Source: Candidatus Poribacteria bacterium
GTDB taxonomy: Bacteria > Poribacteria > WGA-4E > WGA-3G
DNA length: 64,000 bases
Direction of reading: 5' to 3'
Assembly (NCBI GenBank): GCA_965242965.1
Contig: OZ251518.1
Coordinates: 3,264,001 to 3,328,000 of the forward strand
A program made the translations under genes and the position numbers. The stretch's first letter is position 1; each line of letters begins with the position of its first letter. The notes beneath the pieces are model-generated. The model searched no databases, had not been told where the DNA came from, and worked only from the letters and a program-made list of their open reading frames with translations. Below, one piece after another: positions 21,172 to 31,552 of the stretch.

Positions 21172-21912
21172 CTAAATCACCCGCAACTCCACCTGAACCT
21201 CAACCCCACGCGTCAACGTATTCGTCACAGGCGAAGCGGCTAATGTCTCCTCCCAAAGCGTTGCTAATACTTCATCATCAGCATCGGAAGAGACGTAGAG
21301 GGTGCCACGAATCTCTTTGAAACCACTATGTCCATCACTCTCTGTCCCCAAGAAGACGAAGATATTATCGATCTGGCCGCTGAGCGAGATTTCAAGTTCG
21401 TCGATTTCTATCTGCTGCTGCGAAGCACGGATCTGGAAGCCCATCGCAAGGCAAGAACCGAGCGCGCCGAGGACATATTCCACTGCACTCGGCGCATCGT
21501 CGCGGACATCGAAACTGGCTGGTTGTCCCACCGCCCAAGAGTGATTTCGACAGAAGACTTTCGTCTGCATGCCGCCATCCCAGTGGATGCGCGTCTGCCA
21601 TCGGTAATCGCGCGCTTGTTCATAAGCGAGTTCGGCATCTTGTTCGGCTTCGCCTCTGCGCACAAAGTATTTGTTATGTTCGGTGTCCGGTCTCCACCCC
21701 AGATAAGGGTTTTCTGTCATGCGACACCATGCAGGCAGGTCCTCCTTGACGCTAATCTCGGTGCTGCGAATTTCTAGGACTTCGCCATCTGGCACCATTT
21801 CCATTGATTTTCGGATGAGGAGAAGAAGTCCAGAACCGCAGTCAAGGTTGCCGCCTTCGCAGATGTGGGGTGTTTGGAGGGTATCGGGTGCTTGTAAGTC
21901 TTCTTGGCGCAT
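21172..21912 (-). CDS. TusA/SirA-like domain fused to OsmC-like domain
   Basis: GGNLDCGSGLL...LEIRS...DLPAWC; APSAVEYVLGALGSCL...SPVTNTL. Confidence 0.85.
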   Translation of the reverse strand: MRQEDLQAPDTLQTPHICEGGNLDCGSGLLLLIRKSMEMVPDGEVLEIRSTEISVKEDLPAWCRMTENPYLGWRPDTEHNKYFVRRGEAEQDAELAYEQARDYRWQTRIHWDGGMQTKVFCRNHSWAVGQPASFDVRDDAPSAVEYVLGALGSCLAMGFQIRASQQQIEIDELEISLSGQIDNIFVFLGTESDGHSGFKEIRGTLYVSSDADDEVLATLWEETLAASPVTNTLTRGVEVQVELRVI

Positions 21913-22084
21913 TGTTTTTCGTTTGTTTCCTTGGGGGAATTCACCATTGTAGTTCGGCATCGCCTGATTCCGAATCTGACAAAGAATTGAGAATCCCTCC
22001 TATGCGCAGTTTCCGCGCGAATAGCCGGAACGTGTTCTGCCACAGGAGGGATACGTCGCGAGCCCAGCTCGCGCCGAGTCGAGT

Positions 22085-22444
22085 TCAATAGGTGATACAG
22101 GAACCACCCGTAGTCAGGAACTCAACGGCTTTCGCGCCGCCGACGATTGTGGCGGCTTCGACGAGGTTGTCCTCATCTAAATCGCGCTTCTTGAAGCACG
22201 GGGAGCACACCCAGATTATTCCGCCGAATTCGGCGAAATCCGCCATGAGTTGTTTCAACGGCGCGAAGCCGTCTTCGTGGATGTCATCGGCGTAACCGTT
22301 CTGTGAAAGATGCACGCCTTCCGTGCTGAGGAACACCACCGTCTCCACGCCGGATGCGACGGAAGCGTTGGCGACGACAAACCCAACCGTGGCTTTGTCG
22401 GTGTTATCCTTCGCGTGCGTAATGCTGAGCATCAGCTTTGCCAT
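22085..22444 (-). CDS. DsrE-family sulfur-relay protein
   Basis: VVFLSTEGV, IWVCSPC; TAATG overlap with upstream gene. Confidence 0.88.
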   Translation of the reverse strand: MAKLMLSITHAKDNTDKATVGFVVANASVASGVETVVFLSTEGVHLSQNGYADDIHEDGFAPLKQLMADFAEFGGIIWVCSPCFKKRDLDEDNLVEAATIVGGAKAVEFLTTGGSCITY

Positions 22445-22695
22445 TAGGAATTCTCTCCTTTCTTGATGTAAAAATAGGCGTTGTCTTCCCCGCAGCAATC
22501 GGCGAGGAGTTCGTTGCCTTTCATGTTGCACCATGCCGCGATGTCCACGGGCGCGCCCGGGTCCATCGCGCGGATCTGGGCTATCTGTCCCGGTTCAAGC
22601 GGCAGCATCGCCTTCAGCAACGCGATAATCAGGTCACCGCAGCCGAGTTCGCCTAAATCGTGGACAGCATCTGGCAGGATATCAGGTAAATCCAT
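22444..22695 (-). CDS. TusA/SirA-family sulfur carrier
   Basis: DLGELGCGD, DPGAPVDIAAWC, FYIKK. Confidence 0.88.
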   Translation of the reverse strand: MDLPDILPDAVHDLGELGCGDLIIALLKAMLPLEPGQIAQIRAMDPGAPVDIAAWCNMKGNELLADCCGEDNAYFYIKKGENS

Positions 22696-22788
22696 AGTGA
22701 ATCTCCCATTTTTCTCTGCGAGAATTGTTTTCAAAAATTAAGTTTACCATAAGAGTGGTTTAAAGTCAAGCAAAAATCGTGTTAAACT

Positions 22789-24185
22789 GAGGCTGTTTCA
22801 TAAATCTGTGTAGGAGCCCTCCCGCGTTTCGATGCGTTTTGTTGGTGTGCGTATCGGGACAAGGATGTCCCTCCTACCCGGAACGATGCACCCCGGTAGG
22901 AGAGCCCTCCCGGTCTCGATGCAATAGGGCGGCAGAAAGCCCCACGGCCCGTAGCGCGGGGGCCTGTCCCCCGCGATCGGTGCATGGCGAGGGACAGGCC
23001 CTCGCCCTACGGTGAGAAGGGGCCGTTCTTATCCCGTAGCGCGGGGGCCTGTCCCCCGCGATCTCTCCTCCGAAACGAGAAACGTCCGCAGCCCGGAGGC
23101 CATAGACGTTTGCTGTCACGATCGCTGCATGGCGAGGGACAGGCCCTCGCCCTACGTGCCATGCGGCGATTGTCTATTTCTTACCGTAGCGCGGGGGCCT
23201 GTCCCCCGCGATCGATGCATGGCGAGGGGAACCCGCTCGCATGCGCGTGTGGCATCCGAGGGCCCAAGCCCTACGGGGAAAGGGGACGTTCTGAGTCCCG
23301 TAGCGCGGGGGCCTGTCCCCCGCGATCTTAATTGTCTGAAGCAGGATTCACAAGATTTACAAGATTTACAGGATTATCTCCCGCGCAATGAGCATTCTTT
23401 TTGCAATGGATGCCTCTTCAGGTCCTTTAGGTCCTGCATGTCTATAGAAAAACAGACATGCCACTGTTTTCAAGGTCCTTTAGGTCCTTAATGGAAATGG
23501 CAGCCAAGCGAGTCAAGGCACATTAAGGTCCTACAGACCTTAGGGTGCGCTGCGATGCAGGATGCTATAGACATTAAGGTCTGACAGACCTTAAACCCCG
23601 AGCGGAAACGCCCCTGTTTTCGTAGCGCGGGGGCCTGTCCTCCGCGATCTCTCCGCCGAAACGAAAAACGTCGCGGGAAACGTAGCGCGGGGGCCTGTCC
23701 CCCGCGATCTGCCGACCGAAACGAGAAACGTCCGCAGCCCAGAGGCCATAGACGTTTGCTGTCACGATCGATGCATGGCGAGGGACAGGCCCTCGCCCTA
23801 CGGTGCAAGGGGACGTTCTGAGTCCCGTAGCGCGGGGGCCTGTCCCCCGCGAAGCCTCTTGTCGTCTGAAGCAGGATTTACAAGATTTATAGGATTTGCA
23901 GGATTATCTCCCGCGCAACGAGCATGCTTTTTCTAATGGATGCCTCTTCAGGTTCTTTAGGTCCTGCATGACTATAGAAAAACGGACCTACTACATTCCT
24001 AAGGTCCGCTAGGACTTTAATGGAAATGGCAGCCGAGCGAGTCAAGGCACATTAAGGACCTAAAGGACCTTAGGTTCATCGTGTCGCAAGGAGCTATAGA
24101 CATTAAGGACCTAAAGGACCTTAGGCACGGTGAGGGAAACCCGCTCGCATGCGCGTGTGGCATGCGAGGGCCCTCGCCCTACGGT
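22789..24185. repeat. 1.4-kb mosaic of REP-like, AGGATTTACA and AGGTCCTTT modules with internal duplication
   Basis: Starts with TIR variant GAGGCTGTTTCATA; ~23281-23570 repeated at ~23808-24110. Confidence 0.85.
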
Positions 24186-24457
24186 AATATCGATATGTCG
24201 GGGATGTCGGACGGGGACGCAGGGGTGGTTAAGGTGGGCTTTCTAATCGTTCTCGGATTTTTTTTGCCGCATTCTATGAACTTGTCTGACCTGTAGATTA
24301 ATTCATCAAAGGAAATTTTCCCGGCTTGGTATTCTTCGTTGTCCTTTTTCCAGTGCGCGATGATTTGACCTGCAGGTGGGCACGTTGAGTGGAAGAGGTT
24401 ATACGCGATGAGGGCGAGGATTGCGCCGATGAGGAGGATGCGGGTAAGTCTTTTCAT
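24179..24457 (-). CDS. Small hypothetical membrane-anchored protein
   Basis: Signal-like N-terminus; no clear RBS; stop supplied by a GTAG module. Confidence 0.45.
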   Translation of the reverse strand: MKRLTRILLIGAILALIAYNLFHSTCPPAGQIIAHWKKDNEEYQAGKISFDELIYRSDKFIECGKKNPRTIRKPTLTTPASPSDIPDISILP

Positions 24458-24462
24458 GCGGA

Positions 24463-24501
24463 TAAAAAAAGGACCCGGCCGCGCCGTGCCGCGGCCGGGG
24501 T
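24463..24501 (-). terminator. Intrinsic terminator
   Basis: CCCGGCCGCG/CGCGGCCGGG stem + T7 just after the FGE-domain gene. Confidence 0.75.
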
Positions 24502-24518
24502 AGTTGAACGGTTAAGAG

Positions 24519-25628
24519 TTAAGGTGTAACTGGCCGCACGCAACGAAAACCGATGGTGAAGTACGCGGTCGCCGGCAGCTGCTCGGAGCGATAGGAGACA
24601 CGCAAGGAATCTGCTGGACTCCACCAACTGCTGCTGCGAAACACGCGCCTGGAGTCGGTCGGGATAGTTGTGAAGTTTTCACGTAGCCATTGGATGGTCA
24701 TCCCACCGGCGATGGGGTTCCGACTGTTATCAGACTCAGCGTAGAAATCCTCATCGTATGCGTCAAGACACCATTCATACACGTTCCCCGCCATATCATA
24801 CAACCCATACCCATTCGCAGGATACTGCCCAACGGGGGTGGTACCGATGGTGGCATTTGCCGAGCGGTTCGCATCAGCGGGGGTGGGCTCGTCGTCGCCC
24901 CAGGGATACTTCTTTCCCGCGAGCCCGCCGCGCGCCGCATATTCCCACTCCGCCTCCGTCGGCAAACGCTTGCCAGCCCACTGCGCATACGCCATCGCCG
25001 CATACCAACTCACATTAACCACCGGATGGTCTGCTTTCTCTGTGGGATAGGTATTGCCAGTCCAGCGAGACCAGTGCTCGAGGTAACGGACATCGTGGAA
25101 CCTGTCCTCAATCCTGTCCTTTTGCCAGTCTGGATTCGCATCGACAAACGCCTTAAATTGCGCGTTGGTGACTTCGTATACGTCCATGTAGAACGCATCC
25201 AAGTGGACGGTATGCACGGGTTTTTCGGCATCGTATGCCTCCTCGTCCTCGCTGCCCATCTGAAATGAGCCAGCAGGAATCAGCACCATGCCTTCGGGTA
25301 TTGGCTCTTCAACGGTATAATTCAAAGTGACGGCTTCTCCTTCCCACTGCAACCCCAATGCCAAAGGACCCGGGGCAAACGGCCCAGCAATAGTCACCGT
25401 CTCGCCCCCTGGTGTTGCAGTGCCACCTGTTACTTGGAGTCCTTCCGGTGTGCCATTAAAGGTCACCGTAATCGTTGCATTGTTCTGAATCGTGCTTCCA
25501 TCTGCGGGGTCCGCCGAGAGAAACTGAATCGCTTCCACCAGTGGTTCTTCTCGGTTGCAGCTGCCCATCGCTATTGCGAAGAGACAGACTGCGAGACTTG
25601 CGAACGTTCCTAAATGTTTCAACACCAT
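24519..25628 (-). CDS. FGE-sulfatase (SUMF1-like) domain lipoprotein with N-terminal Ig-like domain
   Basis: Lipobox MGSC; YEVTN, HPVVNVSW, RLPTEAEWEYAARGG, GLYDMAGNVYEW, GFRC. Confidence 0.93.
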   Translation of the reverse strand: MVLKHLGTFASLAVCLFAIAMGSCNREEPLVEAIQFLSADPADGSTIQNNATITVTFNGTPEGLQVTGGTATPGGETVTIAGPFAPGPLALGLQWEGEAVTLNYTVEEPIPEGMVLIPAGSFQMGSEDEEAYDAEKPVHTVHLDAFYMDVYEVTNAQFKAFVDANPDWQKDRIEDRFHDVRYLEHWSRWTGNTYPTEKADHPVVNVSWYAAMAYAQWAGKRLPTEAEWEYAARGGLAGKKYPWGDDEPTPADANRSANATIGTTPVGQYPANGYGLYDMAGNVYEWCLDAYDEDFYAESDNSRNPIAGGMTIQWLRENFTTIPTDSRRVFRSSSWWSPADSLRVSYRSEQLPATAYFTIGFRCVRPVTP

Positions 25629-25821
25629 AATTCTCCTTGCCCGCCATCAACAGCGGGCAGTAGAAATAAAACAAGTTTGCAGCGGCATCCGCGCCGCCGC
25701 GTTCATTTGTGAAAAAACCGCGTTAAAAAGCGCGGTTTTTTCAATGAGGGCCGGTAGGCGCGCTTTGAAACCGCGCCTCCGAAGGTTGTGTGCGGGCTCG
25801 TGTGCCCGCACATGTCTCGTT

Positions 25822-26000
25822 GTCTGAATCAGGATTTACAGGATTATAGGATTTCCAAGATTAGGAATTCTCTCGTCGCGGGAGACGCTCTTTCCCGGTA
25901 GGCGCGACCTCCTGGTCGCGATTTCTACCAGGCATGCTTTGGATAAGCGATGTGCTCATAATCCTGTAAATCCTATAATCTTGTAAATCCTGATTCAGAC
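25822..26000. mobile_element. Second family of IR-bounded miniature element
   Basis: GTCTGAATCAGGATTTACAGGATTATAGGATTT ... AAATCCTATAATCTTGTAAATCCTGATTCAGAC; GTAG module inside; no TSD seen. Confidence 0.6.
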
Positions 26001-26031
26001 GATTTCCACGGCGAATTAGCCGCGTGAGTCA

Positions 26032-27591
26032 TCAACGATTGACATACCGAACCAAACTCGCCAATGTCACTCTTTCTCGGTTTGGTGGATTGGCTTCGTT
26101 ATCGGCCACCTCTATGTTCTCGTCAACGAGACAAGGATCTGCATCCCAGCTCTCGTCCATCAAGAACGATGTCTCGCAGTGGAGCAGCATCGCGCCGAAG
26201 ACTTCCATGAGAATAGCGGAGCCGACAGGACCTAGCCGATTGCCACCGCCCCGGATACCTGCCTCACGCATCAGGTAGAGAAAAAGCGGCGTGCGATTTG
26301 CGAGTTTGTTGCGAGTCTCAGCATCGAGGCATGCTCCCGCCAGAATCTCACCGAGCAGGAGGTTCTGATTGTGATTAATCGGGTATCCTCGATCTGCTAG
26401 TGCTGCAGCAACGCGTTGCCCACTTGGCAATCCCAGGACATATCCTCGGAGGAGGTTACGGAAGGCCAAGGAGAGATCTTGCCTTCTTGCTTCCGGGCCC
26501 ACGACACGTTCGGGAAGTTCCACTAACTCATTCGCCAGCAGATGGTCAATCGCTTTGGAGGGCACGTAAACCTGATTCGGATTCACATCTAAGAGGAACC
26601 GCCAATCCACGGTGAGTTCCGGTGGCACTCGTCCGAAGCCGAGGGTGCGGAACCGTTTATCAAAAATCCCGATCTCTGGGTAGGTCGAGTTCGCAGGATA
26701 GTTTGAGCGCACCAAGGTGTGTCCAAACCGATAAGCGGCGGCGGAGAATTCAACCGGCATGCGGAGGCGGCCGGCAGCGTCAATCAGATGCCCGAGGAAG
26801 AAAGGATAGTCTCTTTCTCCTTCAGGTCTGTTCGCGTTTTCCTGGATCTTCTGCAGCGCGAAGTTGTAAACGTCCACGTCACAGACGCGCTGCAGAAAAT
26901 CATAAAGCACGAGAGCCTGATAGTGGTAGCGCACATCCCGTTGCACGTCCTCAAAGCGAGGTGGAGGCTCATTCGCGTTATCATGCTGAATGAGCAGGTC
27001 GATGATTCGGCGATTATGAAAGCGTAGAAACAACAAGTGCATCTGTGAGAGAAAGATGTTCTCGTCGTTACGCGGGTCGCCGATAAGTGCCGTGCCATCT
27101 GCACTGCGCGGCACATCGTTGGGATTCTCAACGTCGTTAACTTGGCTGCCGACGCGCAGTCGCCACGGTTGTTTTCTGTCGTAGAGATGCGGAGAGACAT
27201 CCGGTCCAAAACCGTACATGCTATCCAGATCAAGCGAGGCGGAGCGGAGATTCGGCAGTTCTTCAACTCGCCCTCGGGGCAACGCTTCACTCGTGAGTTC
27301 GCTTTCTGCATCCAGTGTGATGTCGTGATCCACGAACTGCGCGAAGAACGTGTAGGCGGCCGGAACATCACTGTTACCAGAAGTGTCATTGGCATCACGC
27401 ATAATCCCGCATCGTCCGCCGAGTCCGTTCGCTATCTCCTCAGCGGCAGCTCGATCTTCAATGCCGAATTCTTCCGCCCAGGTTGGTATGGGCGGATTTT
27501 GCAGCGGTAACAACATGCCGAAATTGCCAAGGCGGAGATGGTTGCTAGTCGGGACTCTGGCAATTCCGTGGGCGTTTGTTCTGTTATTCAT
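26032..27591 (-). CDS. Heme peroxidase (peroxidase-cyclooxygenase superfamily)
   Basis: FAQFVDHDIT, GDPRNDEN, EFSAAAYRFGH, RNLLRG..LGLPSGQ, TPL..Y..REA. Confidence 0.9.
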   Translation of the reverse strand: MNNRTNAHGIARVPTSNHLRLGNFGMLLPLQNPPIPTWAEEFGIEDRAAAEEIANGLGGRCGIMRDANDTSGNSDVPAAYTFFAQFVDHDITLDAESELTSEALPRGRVEELPNLRSASLDLDSMYGFGPDVSPHLYDRKQPWRLRVGSQVNDVENPNDVPRSADGTALIGDPRNDENIFLSQMHLLFLRFHNRRIIDLLIQHDNANEPPPRFEDVQRDVRYHYQALVLYDFLQRVCDVDVYNFALQKIQENANRPEGERDYPFFLGHLIDAAGRLRMPVEFSAAAYRFGHTLVRSNYPANSTYPEIGIFDKRFRTLGFGRVPPELTVDWRFLLDVNPNQVYVPSKAIDHLLANELVELPERVVGPEARRQDLSLAFRNLLRGYVLGLPSGQRVAAALADRGYPINHNQNLLLGEILAGACLDAETRNKLANRTPLFLYLMREAGIRGGGNRLGPVGSAILMEVFGAMLLHCETSFLMDESWDADPCLVDENIEVADNEANPPNRERVTLASLVRYVNR

Positions 27592-27789
27592 TGTTTTCCT
27601 TCCTTTCGTCATTTGTAGGTTAAGATTCGGTAATCTTAACTCGTTCGGGCTCAGGCGAGCCCGAACTACAAGGGTTAATTTCGTATCACATCCCCGAGGG
27701 CGAGCGGGTAATGCAACCCGAGCGCCCCCCAGAAATGCGATGCTCAATGCATAGGGATTTCGTAAACCCAGTGCAACTTTGCATCAAGC

Positions 27790-28131
27790 CTATATGAGAA
27801 GCGTTTCAACACTGTTCGTTTCAGCGAAAACGCGAACGCCTTTGAGTCCCCCGGGAACCTCCTTCATGACATAGGTAGCCTCAATAGGGGTTACCACGGG
27901 ACGGGAAGTTCCTTCCGGGGGCTCGGCGTAGAAGGAAAATTCCCAGATGCCGTCGGGCGGTGGTTGCACGTAAGTGTAAGGAACGAGTTCCGGATTCGTC
28001 CATCCCGCAGATGCCACTTCGCCTTCTGCGCCAATTAAGAGCATGTCAGCACCGCTATCGGTTTTGGAACGCGACAGCGAAACCGTCTTGACAGCATGGA
28101 CTCGGTTGCCTTGCTCATGTTCGTTATTCAT
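27790..28131 (-). CDS. Small hypothetical protein
   Basis: AGGAGG RBS; GEV.SAGW..PEL.P..Y..PP.DGIWEF.F.A.PP. Confidence 0.7.
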   Translation of the reverse strand: MNNEHEQGNRVHAVKTVSLSRSKTDSGADMLLIGAEGEVASAGWTNPELVPYTYVQPPPDGIWEFSFYAEPPEGTSRPVVTPIEATYVMKEVPGGLKGVRVFAETNSVETLLI

Positions 28132-28339
28132 CGTTCTTCCTCCTTTTGCGCGTGAGTGTTCCGCGGTGCCTCTCTGCGGCGGCAGTCGCGGTATCGGATT
28201 AAAAACATCTTCCAGTATGCGGGCACCGTTTGCTGTGCGGCGGCAGCACGCTAGTATTAAGATGTATGTCGTCATCCCTATCGGTAGGCGCGCTTTGAAA
28301 TCGGGCCTACCGGGTTTATGATACGGGTGTGGGTTCACC

Positions 28340-29104
28340 CTAGTCGACATATTCGTAAGCGTCATCGCCAAGGGCTCGGATATTGTCAACTGATTTGACA
28401 GTGAACTCTTCAGGCCAGGGGTCCAACTGTGCGTCCTGGCATGCAAGATGCGCCCTTTGGCCCGGATGTGCTTCCTGCCATTGTGCCCAGAGTCTGTCCA
28501 CCTGCGCGTGATGGAACCAAAACGCGGGGTCTCGCGGCGAAGACATCGTCGTCATGTCACCACCAATCCACACGTGTCCACGGTTGTGCGGGCCGTTTTC
28601 AAGCCTTCGCGCAAATTGATAATAACTCCTCTGAGATAGGATCGCTTCGATCTGCGCCTCGTCAGTGAACCAGCGCATTTCCCCTGGTTCAGGTTGTTCA
28701 TCGTGGCGGGGCCCGGGGTTCCTCTGCCATCTCGATCTCTCCGGGAACAGCCGGTTCTCCGGATCTGGGAATCCTTCCAAGTGGCCGCCATCAGCGTTCC
28801 AATCCCAATAGGGAATCGCCAGCGAATCATCAATCTCGCGAAGTCTTCTCTCAAAAACGATGAGGTAGGCGCGATGCCACGGCAAGAATCTCCGATAGCC
28901 CAATGGCCCCGACATTGAACCATGCATACGATGATGGGAACGTCGAAACCCATCTGGTTCCTGAATCATCGCCGCATGGATTTGGACTAGATTTCCGTAA
29001 GTGCCATTGGTCATTAACGTTGAGATAGCCCTGTTCAAGGCACCCCAATCTTCATCTGTCAATGCCAGCGTGCTTTGACGCTGAATTGGCATTGGCATTA
29101 GCAT
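28340..29104 (-). CDS. Tyrosinase (type-3 copper)
   Basis: CuA H...MH...FLPWHR, PYWDW; CuB PHNRGH...DPAFWFHH. Confidence 0.93.
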   Translation of the reverse strand: MLMPMPIQRQSTLALTDEDWGALNRAISTLMTNGTYGNLVQIHAAMIQEPDGFRRSHHRMHGSMSGPLGYRRFLPWHRAYLIVFERRLREIDDSLAIPYWDWNADGGHLEGFPDPENRLFPERSRWQRNPGPRHDEQPEPGEMRWFTDEAQIEAILSQRSYYQFARRLENGPHNRGHVWIGGDMTTMSSPRDPAFWFHHAQVDRLWAQWQEAHPGQRAHLACQDAQLDPWPEEFTVKSVDNIRALGDDAYEYVD

Positions 29105-29733
29105 TTTTAAACTCCTTGCGTTGTCCCATTACCGTGCCTGCAGCACCGGTAATGGGGTGCAATTTCCGCGTCACCTTTTCTGAGATGCATGACGCGGAAG
29201 TAGGTTAAAAGCATCGTTGTCACTGTAACAGTGAAACTCGTTACGTCTATTGATAGCCCAAGTGTCCGTACTGCCAAAAAGGTGCAGCACCAGCCATCCG
29301 CGACGCAAAAGCGACGCGCAGCAGCAAAATGGAACAAACAGGGGAAATAACAACAGATAGGAAAACATGCACCGGGGATGGAGCCTCGATGCAACGAAAA
29401 TAACCCGCCACGCAAAGAATGCGTGCAGGGTCGAAGACAACAAGACGACGAAAATCGCCGCTGTCAAGTGAATAAAGTTTGCTTAACGCCTGTGGGTGTC
29501 GGGGGGGGTCGAGCCTCCCCTCTGGGCATCAAGCCGAACGGGAACGCGTCGTGACGGCGCGACAACGGGCATAGATACACGGCGCGCGTGCATCTCTCGG
29601 TGCCCAAGCAGGTCTACGGCGACCTCATTAGCAATGGAAGAATTAATTCGCTGGTTCACGGTATCGTTCCTCTGTTCGGTTTCGGTCTCGCGGTGGCGCG
29701 TTTTTTTTCGCGCGCGTCACCACGTTTGCATTA

Positions 29734-29907
29734 ATGATACACAAAAATGCAATAAATGTCAAACATTTTTTGCGAAAAATCGTGGAAATGTTGACAATTC
29801 ATTTTATTTTACCACGATTTTCGGTTTTTTGTCAACGTTTTTCTGGGAAAATCGTGAAAAATGTTTAAAACTGATTTTATTTTAGCAAATGTCGCATTTT
29901 TTGTCAA
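29734..29907 (-). promoter_or_regulatory. Three tandem sigma70 promoters upstream of tyrosinase operon
   Basis: TTGACA(29907)-17-TAAAAT; TTGACA(29835)-18-TAAAAT; TTGACA(29762)-17-TATCAT. Confidence 0.7.
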
Positions 29908-29939
29908 CGTTATTTCGCGAAAAAAAAACGCTGCTGCTA

Positions 29940-30450
29940 CCGTAGCGCGGGGGCCTGTCCCCAGCGATCTCTCCGCCGAAACGAGAAACGTCCGCAGCCC
30001 GGAGGCCATGGACGTTTGCTGTCACGATCGGTGCATGGCGAGGGAAACCCGCTCGGATGCGCGGGTGGCATCCGAGGGCCCTCGCCCTACGGTGAAAGGG
30101 GACGTTCTTAGTCCCGTAGCGCGGGGGCCTGTCCCCCGCGATCTCTCCGCCGAAACGAGAAACGTCCGCAGCCCAGAGGCCATGGACGTTTGCTGTCACG
30201 ATCGATGCATGGCGAGGGAAACCCGCTCGGATGCGCGGATGGCATCCGAGGGCCCAAGCCCTACGGTGAAAGGCACCGTTCTTATTCCCGTAGCGCGGGG
30301 GCCTGTCCCCCGCGAACGTTGGCATGGCGAGGGACAGACATCGGGACAAGGATGTCCCTCCTACCCAGACGCGTCCCGTGATCGGTGCATGGCGAGGGAA
30401 CCCCGCTCGCATGCACGTGTGGCATGCGAGGGCCCAAGCCCTACGGGGAC
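29940..30450. repeat. REP-like mosaic with ~174-bp tandem duplication
   Basis: 29941-30114 repeated from 30115. Confidence 0.85.
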
Positions 30451-30726
30451 CGGAAAATCCTTTGGAATTCGCGCATCTTCCCGAGAATTACAAAAAAATG
30501 TTCTTTTTGGGAACCTTTTCCTCACCTAGGTGTTTAAGTAAGTAATATCACATTGATTTGATGCGTCTCGCATTTGATTTTGACACATCGTTTTTGTGGT
30601 ATCCTATATCAACTTGCTGGATGCGAATACCACCCGCGCCTCCCGTGCGGCTCTCATCCGTCGAAAAAAAAAGAAGAAATGAAACCTGCATGCCTTGAGG
30701 AAGGCAGGCAAAGAGGAGAAATCAAA

Positions 30727-31056
30727 ATGAAAAACAGACAGATGCTGAGACTACTCAGCCTTACCGTGCTGTGCGCAATGGCGTTCACTGCCACTGCCGC
30801 GTTCGCGACGAATGAACAATGCCCTGACGATGCCGTGGTAGCTGCTGTCAGCGCATTCATAGTTGCTGCTGCCGCCGTTGAGGAGGCCCAGGACAACTAC
30901 GATCAAGCACTCGCCTCAACTTCTTTGATGAGGCTGCATTTTGTCATCGGTGCCGCAATCAATTTAGCTTCGGCTAAGGCGATAGCAAGTCAACGCCGCG
31001 CGGAAGCCAAAACCGCCATCCGTGCTCGCTTGGCGTGCTTAAGATCGATCGGCTAA
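30727..31056 (+). CDS. Small secreted Ala-rich helical protein
   Basis: GAGGAG RBS; signal peptide ending AFA; one Cys near each end of mature chain. Confidence 0.7.
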   Translation: MKNRQMLRLLSLTVLCAMAFTATAAFATNEQCPDDAVVAAVSAFIVAAAAVEEAQDNYDQALASTSLMRLHFVIGAAINLASAKAIASQRRAEAKTAIRARLACLRSIG

Positions 31057-31146
31057 CACCCGGTGGCATTCGTCGCTGCGAACTCCCGTGGGCGTTGTAA
31101 GTTTTATCCGTAAAACGTCCTACGGTTCGCAGTGCTCTTAAAGTTA

Positions 31147-31382
31147 CCGTAGCGCGGGGGCCTGTCCCCCGCGAGCTCTCCGCGCACTCCAACGATCGCG
31201 GGGGACAGGCCCCCGCGCTACGATAAGAATGACGTTTTCCTTTCATCGTAGTGCGAGGGCCCTCGGATGCCACACGCGCATCCGAGCGGGTTTCCCTCGC
31301 CATCGTCGGCGCGTTCCAACGTTCGCAGGGGACAGGCCCCCGCGCTACGGGGAAATCGAGACCGGGAGGTCTCTCCTACCGG
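31147..31382. repeat. GTAG REP-like cluster
   Basis: Inverted doublets of GTAGCGCGGGGGCCTGTCCCCCGCG. Confidence 0.8.
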
Positions 31383-31552
31383 GGAAACGGAATCGTTTGG
31401 AAAACTCAATGCCTCTACGATTGGTGAGATTTGGTATTCTTGTTGGATAATTTTGGAAATTCTGCTCCAAATTTCCAATTTCTTTCTGTTTATGCTATAA
31501 TCTATTGAAATTGCCAAATTTGATGCATGATTCTGAAAAGGAGAACGCTAAC

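Noticed and set aside
29861-30529. Repeat-derived ORFs (also 23012-23491, 44804-45409, 49450-49821) with ARGPVPR/GDRPPRY peptides
   Set aside because: They are translations of REP mosaics with no RBS and similar ORFs on both strands
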